Assembly: GCA_029259535.1 (NCBI GenBank)
Contig: JAPHEF010000004.1
Span: forward strand, 5,408 to 69,407
Direction: 5' to 3'
DNA from: Candidatus Alkanophaga liquidiphilum
GTDB lineage: Archaea; Halobacteriota; Syntropharchaeia; Alkanophagales; B39-G2
DNA length: 64,000 nucleotides
The notes beneath the pieces were generated by a model. The model saw only the letters and a list, made by a program, of their open reading frames with translations. It ran no database searches and was not told where the DNA came from. The translations under genes and the position numbers were made by a program. Positions 57,187 to 64,000 of this stretch are shown here, one piece after another. Each line of letters starts with the position of its first letter. Within the stretch, counting starts at the first letter, position 1.

Positions 57187-57990
57187 ATGCGGTTTGTCGT
57201 GTGCGTAAAACAGGTGCCCGACCCGAGGCATTTTCACGAAATTTCTTTAGACGCGGAGACGAAGCGAATTCAGCGGGAGGGCGTGCCGTCGGTGGTAAAC
57301 CCGACGGACGAGAACGCCGTCGAAGAGGCTTTACGACTGCGAGAACGCCACAGCGGCACAGTAACGGCGATAAGCATGGGACCGCCACAGGCCGCCTCCG
57401 CTTTAAGAAAAACGCTGGCGATGGGCGTGGACACAGCCGTCCTCCTCTCAGATGCAGTTTTCGCCGGCGCCGACGCCCTCACAACAGCTTTCACGCTCGC
57501 AAAGGGCATAAAGAAGCTTGGCGGTTTTGACTTGGTGCTTTGCAGCGCCGAGTCTGCGGACGGCGGCACGTCGCAAGTCCCGCCGACGCTTGCGGAATTT
57601 CTCGGCGTGCCGCATGCCGTTTTCGTCAGCGAAGTCGAGCATTTAAACGCTGAAAAAAAGGAGCTTGTGGTCAAGAGAGAGTTGGAAAACGGTTACATGC
57701 GGGTGCGTCTTAAGTTGCCTGCCGTCATCTCTGTAACTTCGGAAATAAACACGCCAAGGTTGCCGCCTGCAGCCAGCATCATGGAGGCGGCAAGGAAAGA
57801 GGTAAAAGTGTGGGATGCAGTGGCTTTAGGCGTTAAGCGTGACGAGGTCGGGCTTCAAGGCTCGCCGACGAGGGTTTTGGAAATTTTCAAGCCTGAGATT
57901 GAGAGGCACCGCATCATCTTGCGGGGCGACGCCGAGGAGGTTGTGGAAAGGGCAGTTGAGCTTCTCGAAGCGTGGGGCGCATTGGTTTAG
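57187..57990 (+). CDS. etfB: electron transfer flavoprotein beta subunit
   Basis: MRFVVCVKQVPD start, with VNPTDENAVEEALRL and TAISMGP motifs. Confidence 0.85.
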   Translation: MRFVVCVKQVPDPRHFHEISLDAETKRIQREGVPSVVNPTDENAVEEALRLRERHSGTVTAISMGPPQAASALRKTLAMGVDTAVLLSDAVFAGADALTTAFTLAKGIKKLGGFDLVLCSAESADGGTSQVPPTLAEFLGVPHAVFVSEVEHLNAEKKELVVKRELENGYMRVRLKLPAVISVTSEINTPRLPPAASIMEAARKEVKVWDAVALGVKRDEVGLQGSPTRVLEIFKPEIERHRIILRGDAEEVVERAVELLEAWGALV

Positions 57991-58029
57991 CGCAACATAC
58001 TTCCCGTATTACGGTTGCGTTACGGTTAG

Positions 58030-58267
58030 CGCTCTTCGCTCCTTGTTCTCGCTCACATCCCAACCCTCGCAGCCTTTTTCTCCCACTCCGCCGCCACAAA
58101 GCGCTCTCTTGAAAATACGAAATGGAAAAAGAGCCCGATGCCTCGGCCGTCGAGCCCTCACGGAAACCACAAATACTCGGGCGAGTGTAAAAATTAATGA
58201 AAGTGAGAAAGGCATTGACGATGACGTAAACAGCGAGATGCGCCAGAAACCCGCCTCGCCTTCTCAA
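58030..58267 (-). pseudogene. disrupted 2TM-domain protein gene
   Basis: The reverse strand reads RRRGGFLAHLAVYVIVNAFLTFINFYT in one frame. It continues in another frame as SPEYLWFP*GLDGRGIGLFFHF...AAEWEKK, with a frameshift near a T5 run plus an in-frame TGA. Confidence 0.45.
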
Positions 58268-58421
58268 CCTCTAATTCCCTCCCTCCATACCCGCTTGAAG
58301 TCCTCCGAGGTGCCAATGCTCTATATCAGTTACCTCATATAAAACGTTGCAGAACAACAAGGTCTTTTCCCAAAAATAGTTAGCAGAACGGTTAAATGTT
58401 AAAGGGGAAACTTGTAGTGAG

Positions 58422-61127
58422 ATGATTATAAGAAGCGTGGAGCTCAGAAATTTCATATCGCACGAGCGCACGAGGGTGCATTTCCCGCTCGGCGTCACTG
58501 TCATCGTAGGACCAAATGGTGCGGGTAAAAGCTCGATTCTGGACGCTATGCTTTTCGCTCTTTTCAGGGAACGTGTCCGAGGCGAGCGGCTGGAGGATTT
58601 GATACGGCGGGGTGCCGACACCTCACAGGTGAAGCTCACTTTCGATGAGGGTGGCGTCGAATACGTGGTCGAGCGGACGCTGAGCCGTAAGAGCAAAGGT
58701 AGGGGCGGTGGCGAGGCACAGTTCCGCCGCTTGGGCGTGGGCGGCAAGCCCGTCGAGGGGCAGCGGGCTGTTTCTGAAGAAATACTTAAAACACTCGGCA
58801 TGGACAAAGACGAAATACTGAACTCCGTATTTGTGAGGCAGGGAGAAATCGCCGCAATCATCGAGGCTGAGCCTTCAAAGCGCAAAGAGCTCTTCGGAAA
58901 GCTACTCGGCTTGGAAAAGCTGGAAAATGCCTACGATGGCATGAAAACCGTCATAGATCATTTTAAAAGCAAGCTCGAAACATATACGGCGCCGCTTGCC
59001 GAACTTAAATCTTTAGAAGAGCGTAAGGCGCAGCTCGACAATGAAATAAAAGAGCTTGAGCAGGAAGTGAAGAGGCTTGCGGCGGATTTTAAAGGATGTG
59101 AGGGGAGGTTTAAGGCTGCAAAAGCCGCCCTCGACGACGAGGAGGCGAGAAGGAAGAAATATGAGGAGATTAAAAGCGAGTTGCGGGTGCTCGAGGAGCG
59201 AGCAGCGCTACTGCATCGGAATACGGAGCAGCTCGCTAAGGAATTAGAAGATGCGGAGACTGCTTCGAGGAGGGCTGAAGCTCTCGAACCCGAAATATCA
59301 AAAATTCAGACGCTTGAGAACCTCCTTCTCGCTAAAGCCGCTGCAGATAACTTGCGCACGAAAGAGAAGGCTCTCGCAAAGGAGCTTGAAAAGGTGGAGA
59401 AGCTTGCTAAAGAGCTTGAAGCAACTAAAAACGCTTACGAAAAATTTTTAGAGCTTCAAGCAGCTCTTGAGAAGAAAGAAGCTGAAAAGAAAAATTTGGA
59501 GACGTATCTATTAGAGGAAGGACGCCTGAAATACGAAATTTCATCCTTAGAGGTTCGTATTTCTGAGACGGAGCAGGAACTCAGCAAGTTGGAAGCTTTT
59601 GCCGTTGGGGTCTTAGGGGAAATTTCGGCGGAGGCGAAGGGGCGCTTGATTAAAGATTTGGAGACGGAGCGAGTTAGGGCGAGGGATGAAATTTTCTCAC
59701 TCGAGCGGCGGCGTGGCGAGGCTATTGGTAGAATAGCTGAAATAGAAGAAACCCTAAAGAAAATAGAGGGGGCGAGCGAGTGCCCTGTCTGCGGCAGGGA
59801 GCTGGACGACGCTCATAAGCAACAGCTTATCAGTAGGCTTAAAGCTGAGAAGTCGAGCTTAGAGGCTCTTGCTCAAGCGTTCTACGACGAAATAGGAGCG
59901 TTAAAGGCAGAAATAAAGCAAATAGACAGTAGGATAAAAGAAGTTTCCAGCGTGAATGTCGAGTATATCGAGAAGAGCAGGCGTGAGCTTGAAAGGGCGA
60001 AGAAAGAGCTTTCAGCGAAGAATAATAAGCTCATAGAAATAACGCCGATGTTGAAGGCGTTTGAAAACATCGTGAACAGCATAGACAGGCTTAAGGGCGA
60101 GCTGGAAGCCCTACATGGCGATTACCAGCAGTATATTGGCGCTTTGAAGGCGCTCGAAGCCGAGCGGGCGGAGGCCGAGGTGAAAAGAGAGCTCGAAGAT
60201 GTGAAAAACAAGCTTTCTGAAAAGCTTTTTGAGGTTAAAAGGCTCGAATCAGAGCTTGGCTATATGCCTGAGGACCCTGAGATGGAGCTTAGGAAGCTTA
60301 GGCTTAAAAAATTAGAATACGATAGGTTTAAGTCCATTGCGGAGCGCATAGAAGAGTTGAAGGCGCGACTTGAGGACGTTAGAGCGGAGTTAAGGTGCAC
60401 AACGGAGGAGCACGAGCGGCTAAATGTGAGGCTTGAGGCGCTCGGCTTCAGCGAAGAAGCCTACGAGCTTGCGAGGCAAAAGTTCGAGAAACTTAGAGCC
60501 GAGCTTGAGAATCTTAACATCAAGCTGAGGACTGCAAAGAACCGCAAGGAGGACAAAGTCGAGGAGCGACGCCGCTTATCTGGGAGGATCGAAGAGCTTG
60601 TGAGATTGAAGGTGGAGACGGAAGTCATGCGGAAGTTCGTTGGTGATTTGGAAAAAATAAGATGGGCGTTCTCGAAGGACGGCGTGCAGCGGCTGCTCAG
60701 GGAGTTTGCGCTCCCGCTAATCTCCGAGCATGCCGGAGAATATCTGGAGAAGTTTAACATCGGCGTTTCTGGCGTGCGGATCGACGAGGATTTCAATATT
60801 TATGTGATGACCGCTGTCGGCGAGCTTCCCATAAAGTCCATAAGCGGCGGGCAAAAGGTGGCAGTGGGCATCGCCCTGCGACTCGCCATCGCAAGCGCCC
60901 TCGTCGGGAAAGTCTCCACAGTCGTTATGGATGAGCCCACCGCTTTCCTCGACGAAGAGCGGGTCAGAGAACTCGTGGATGCCATGCGCAGCTTCTTCAT
61001 GGGCGGCGCCTCAATTCCACAGATGATACTTGTATCGCACCACAGAGAGCTTGAGGACGTCGCCGACGAAGTCTACGTCGTCGAGAACGCCGGCGGCATC
61101 TCTAAAGTCATGCCGGCAGCGAGGTGA
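58422..61127 (+). CDS. rad50: DNA double-strand-break repair ATPase Rad50
   Basis: Walker A VIVGPNGAGKSS, long coiled coil, central zinc hook ECPVCGRE, signature SGGQK and Walker B VVMDEP. Confidence 0.9.
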   Translation: MIIRSVELRNFISHERTRVHFPLGVTVIVGPNGAGKSSILDAMLFALFRERVRGERLEDLIRRGADTSQVKLTFDEGGVEYVVERTLSRKSKGRGGGEAQFRRLGVGGKPVEGQRAVSEEILKTLGMDKDEILNSVFVRQGEIAAIIEAEPSKRKELFGKLLGLEKLENAYDGMKTVIDHFKSKLETYTAPLAELKSLEERKAQLDNEIKELEQEVKRLAADFKGCEGRFKAAKAALDDEEARRKKYEEIKSELRVLEERAALLHRNTEQLAKELEDAETASRRAEALEPEISKIQTLENLLLAKAAADNLRTKEKALAKELEKVEKLAKELEATKNAYEKFLELQAALEKKEAEKKNLETYLLEEGRLKYEISSLEVRISETEQELSKLEAFAVGVLGEISAEAKGRLIKDLETERVRARDEIFSLERRRGEAIGRIAEIEETLKKIEGASECPVCGRELDDAHKQQLISRLKAEKSSLEALAQAFYDEIGALKAEIKQIDSRIKEVSSVNVEYIEKSRRELERAKKELSAKNNKLIEITPMLKAFENIVNSIDRLKGELEALHGDYQQYIGALKALEAERAEAEVKRELEDVKNKLSEKLFEVKRLESELGYMPEDPEMELRKLRLKKLEYDRFKSIAERIEELKARLEDVRAELRCTTEEHERLNVRLEALGFSEEAYELARQKFEKLRAELENLNIKLRTAKNRKEDKVEERRRLSGRIEELVRLKVETEVMRKFVGDLEKIRWAFSKDGVQRLLREFALPLISEHAGEYLEKFNIGVSGVRIDEDFNIYVMTAVGELPIKSISGGQKVAVGIALRLAIASALVGKVSTVVMDEPTAFLDEERVRELVDAMRSFFMGGASIPQMILVSHHRELEDVADEVYVVENAGGISKVMPAAR

Positions 61128-61132
61128 GAATA

Positions 61133-62182
61133 ATGCGTCGTGCGTTACTCTTTACGCTATTGGGCGTAATAGCGGTCATCGTCGCCACATACCTCCTCTT
61201 AGGAATGCCGAGGGGGCGGATGGTGAATGTATACAACTGGGAAGACTATTTCGGAGCGACAACTCTCTCGGACTTCGAAAATGAGACGGGTATAAAAGTG
61301 AACCTCTACACCTTCGAGGATGAAGATTTCATGGTCTCGGACGTGCGGTCTAATCCCGGGAAGTATGATGTGGCGGTAGCGAGCAACGACGTCGTAGTGG
61401 ACATGATCGAGATGCGCCTCCTCGAAGAGATAAATCTGGGGAATATTCCGAACTTTAAATTCATTTCAGAAAAGTTCAAAAACCGAGATTACGACCCCAA
61501 GAACGAGTATTCGGTGCCATACCTGTGGGGAACTACAGGGATAGCATTTAACAAAAAATACGTGAGCCCCGAAGATGCTAAGAGCTGGGCGATCCTATGG
61601 GACGAGCGTTACGCAGGTAGGATAGGAATGTTGAATAATCCAGATGAAGTGATCGGAGCTGCTCTGAAGTGCCTTGGCTACTCCATAAATTCCGAAAATG
61701 AAAGCGAGCTTGAGGAGGCAAGGCAGCTCTTGCTAAGGCAAAAAGAGCTGGTCCGTGGTTATTATGACCCCATAACCATAGAGGAGCTTCTCATTTCAGA
61801 GGAGTTATGGGTGGCTCACTGCTACAGCGGCAGCGCCATGTATGCCGCCTCAGAAAATGAAAATATAAGCTACGTAATCCCGGAAGAGGGGGCTCCTATC
61901 TGGGTGGACAATTTCATCATCCCTGCGGGTGCCCCACATAAGCGCGAGGCTGAGGAGCTCATAAACTTCATACTTAGACCCGATGTCAATACGGAAATCG
62001 TGGAATACCAGTTCTACCCGAGCGCCAACGGAGAGGCAATGAAGCTCGTGAGCGAAGAAATCCGTAGCCTTTTGTATCCACCTGAAGATGTCCTGAAGAG
62101 GTGCGAATATTTCAAAGAGCTGAGCGAAGAAGCGGTCAGGACGAGAAATAAGATATGGGCGGAGTTGATGCAAGAGTCTTAA
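61133..62182 (+). CDS. PotD-like (polyamine-type) extracellular solute-binding protein, membrane-anchored
   Basis: SD GAGGTGA lies 5 nt before the ATG at 61133. N-terminal TM LLFTLLGVIAVIVATYLLL. VYNWEDYF...YSVPYLWGTTGIAFN is a PotD-family pattern. Confidence 0.8.
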   Translation: MRRALLFTLLGVIAVIVATYLLLGMPRGRMVNVYNWEDYFGATTLSDFENETGIKVNLYTFEDEDFMVSDVRSNPGKYDVAVASNDVVVDMIEMRLLEEINLGNIPNFKFISEKFKNRDYDPKNEYSVPYLWGTTGIAFNKKYVSPEDAKSWAILWDERYAGRIGMLNNPDEVIGAALKCLGYSINSENESELEEARQLLLRQKELVRGYYDPITIEELLISEELWVAHCYSGSAMYAASENENISYVIPEEGAPIWVDNFIIPAGAPHKREAEELINFILRPDVNTEIVEYQFYPSANGEAMKLVSEEIRSLLYPPEDVLKRCEYFKELSEEAVRTRNKIWAELMQES

Positions 62183-62195
62183 TTAAGGTGAGCCC

Positions 62196-63950
62196 ATGTT
62201 CAAAAGAATCCGCACTAAGATGACTGGTGTATTCCTCGCCGTAACGCTCATACCGACAATAATCGCTGCCTTCCTCGTCATATTACAAACGGAAAGCGCA
62301 TTGACGGATGATGCGTGCAAGCTGCTCTGCGGAGTCTCTGAAAACGTCAAAGACGACTTGGAGAGGTTTGTCTCGGAAAGAATGAGCGACGTCCATGCAT
62401 TGGCAAGAGGGGTGGCGTTAGCAGGTGGAAACGCCTCAAAAATCTCAGAGGCGATAAACAGCTTTTATGAAAGCGGCATCTACGACGACGTAACTGTCGT
62501 GAATGCGGATGGGAACGTCGTCGCATCAATAAAATACAAGTATGTGGGAGAATGGGCATCCAACAACTGGTTTGTACGGGCAAGAGAGGGGCAGGACGTC
62601 ATTTCCGACGTATATTTTCTCTTTGGAGAGCCGGTGATATCTTTTTTCTCACCAGTGGTCATGGATGACAAGGTGGTTGCCGTCGTCACAGCTCAGATGA
62701 GTATGAAGTATATCTGGGACATTGTGGACGCCGTAAAGGTTGGAGAAAGCGGCTTCGTCTACCTGATAGACAAGAACGGGAGGATAATTTCACATCCTGA
62801 TAAACAAATGATTTTCAATCGTGCTTATATCGAACATCCAAGCGACGACCACGGATTTTTAACGCAAGACGGGCTCCTCTGCGGATATTCAGCGATGTTC
62901 AATGGCTCTTGGATAGTCGTCGCGGCTCAACCCGAAGACGAAGCGCTCGCTATCCTTTTCTCGCTCAAAAGAAGCATTGCCGCTACACTTTCTATCATAT
63001 CGTTATTTTCGGCGATCGGGGTGTTCCTCCTTGCGAGAGGCATAACAAAACCTATAACTGAACTTACAAGCGGTATTGAAAGTGTCGCTGCCGGCGATTT
63101 GAGTTGGAAGGTGGACGTTAGGAGTGAGGACGAACTCGGCACGCTCGCAGCATCCTTTAACAAGATGACTGAAGAGCTGATGCGTGCAAGGGCTGAGATA
63201 GAGAGATATGCAAGGGCTCTTGAGGAAAAGGTTGAGGAGAGAACACGGGATTTGAGGCGGGCGTATGAGGAGCTGAAAAGACTTGATGAAGCTAAGACGA
63301 GGTTTATAAGCATCGCAGCTCATGAACTGAGGACGCCGCTCACGGTGATTATGGGCTACATGGATGTGCTTAAGGGCGCAGATGGCGAAGACGTCATGAT
63401 AAAGGCGATGAAAAATGCCGCGAAAAGGCTGGCGGATGCCATCGACCACATCGTGCTGCTCACGATGCTTGAGTTAGAGGAGTATGAGCTAACCAAAGAG
63501 GAGTTAGCGCTCGCAGATATGGTCAAAGAGACTTATGAGAGGTTCAGAGACTTAGCTGAAAAGAAAAACCAAAAAATATCTTTTGAGCTGGAGGACGCTA
63601 AGGTAAAAGCAGACAGGGAGGCGATGATGCGAATAATTTACAACTTGCTCTCAAACGCTGTGAAATTTACACCGGATGGCGGTTTGATAAAAATAAGCGT
63701 GAAGGAGTGTGACGATACAGTGCTACTCATGGTCGCAGATACCGGCATTGGGATCCCAGATGATGAAAAAGAGAGGATATTCATGCCATTCCATCAAATG
63801 GAATATCCCCTGACAAGGTCGCATGGCGGTCTCGGTCTCGGGCTCCCCACAGTGCGGCGGCTCGTAGAGTTACACGGCGGCAAAATCTGGGTTGAGGATA
63901 ACCCCAAGGGGGGGAGTATATTTTTCGTGGAAATACCTAAGAGTAAATGA
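62196..63950 (+). CDS. sensor histidine kinase (TM - Cache-like - TM - HAMP - HisKA - HATPase)
   Basis: Extracytoplasmic domain between two TM segments, HAMP (ITKPITELTSGIESVAAGDL), H-box AAHELRTPL, N box LLSNAVKFT, and G boxes DTGIGI and GGLGLGL. Confidence 0.85.
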   Translation: MFKRIRTKMTGVFLAVTLIPTIIAAFLVILQTESALTDDACKLLCGVSENVKDDLERFVSERMSDVHALARGVALAGGNASKISEAINSFYESGIYDDVTVVNADGNVVASIKYKYVGEWASNNWFVRAREGQDVISDVYFLFGEPVISFFSPVVMDDKVVAVVTAQMSMKYIWDIVDAVKVGESGFVYLIDKNGRIISHPDKQMIFNRAYIEHPSDDHGFLTQDGLLCGYSAMFNGSWIVVAAQPEDEALAILFSLKRSIAATLSIISLFSAIGVFLLARGITKPITELTSGIESVAAGDLSWKVDVRSEDELGTLAASFNKMTEELMRARAEIERYARALEEKVEERTRDLRRAYEELKRLDEAKTRFISIAAHELRTPLTVIMGYMDVLKGADGEDVMIKAMKNAAKRLADAIDHIVLLTMLELEEYELTKEELALADMVKETYERFRDLAEKKNQKISFELEDAKVKADREAMMRIIYNLLSNAVKFTPDGGLIKISVKECDDTVLLMVADTGIGIPDDEKERIFMPFHQMEYPLTRSHGGLGLGLPTVRRLVELHGGKIWVEDNPKGGSIFFVEIPKSK

Positions 63951-64000
63951 CTGAATTTTAATTTACGGGCTTTAAATTAGTAAAAACCTATCACGAGGAT

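Noticed and set aside
1-64000. Search by eye for CRISPR arrays, rRNA genes, intact IS/transposase genes, integrases and toxin-antitoxin pairs.
   Set aside because: No regularly spaced direct repeats, rRNA signatures or transposase/integrase motifs were seen. The PIN protein at 46516 is Fcf1-like and has no adjacent antitoxin.

Overview
Gene-dense archaeal (euryarchaeal-type) chromosome segment. Evidence for this: archaeal ribosomal proteins S3Ae and S8e, Gar1, a TFB core, Pcc1, Trm1, archaeal-type AspRS, LeuRS and PheRS-beta, Rad50 with a zinc hook, TATA-box promoters and GGAGGTGA-type Shine-Dalgarno sites. Metabolism mixes two themes. One is methanopterin/F420 genes: Mer, an F420 dehydrogenase beta-like protein, a DHPS-like pterin protein and an H4MPT-linked C1 protein. 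The other is acyl-CoA metabolism: methylmalonyl-CoA mutase, acyl-CoA dehydrogenase, EtfB and an ADP-forming acyl-CoA synthetase alpha-like protein. DNA gyrase is also present. This combination is typical of Archaeoglobi-like or alkane/fatty-acid-oxidising archaea (inference). No CRISPR array, rRNA or intact IS element was seen; one tRNA-Thr(UGU) is present. Items that stand out: (1) gyrA carries a 420-aa LAGLIDADG intein at the catalytic tyrosine. (2) A roughly 240-250 nt non-coding multi-hairpin element occurs twice in inverted orientation (14.7 kb and 34.5 kb), each copy directly upstream of and co-oriented with a gene, with compensatory base changes between copies. (3) At 38-44.5 kb, a KaiC/GvpD-like ATPase, a single-domain AAA+ ATPase and five small ORFs are linked by two unrecognised small domains. 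One of these domains is triplicated and fused in frame to the N-terminus of Mer; this is my best candidate for an undescribed system. (4) Several decayed genes are present: relics of a DNA methyltransferase, a DUF364-like protein and a 2TM protein. Also noted: an N-terminally truncated TFB, a beta-CASP gene with no canonical start codon, and an orphan substrate-binding protein next to a Cache histidine kinase. All calls rest on reading motifs in the translations, with no database search, so family names are recognition-based.
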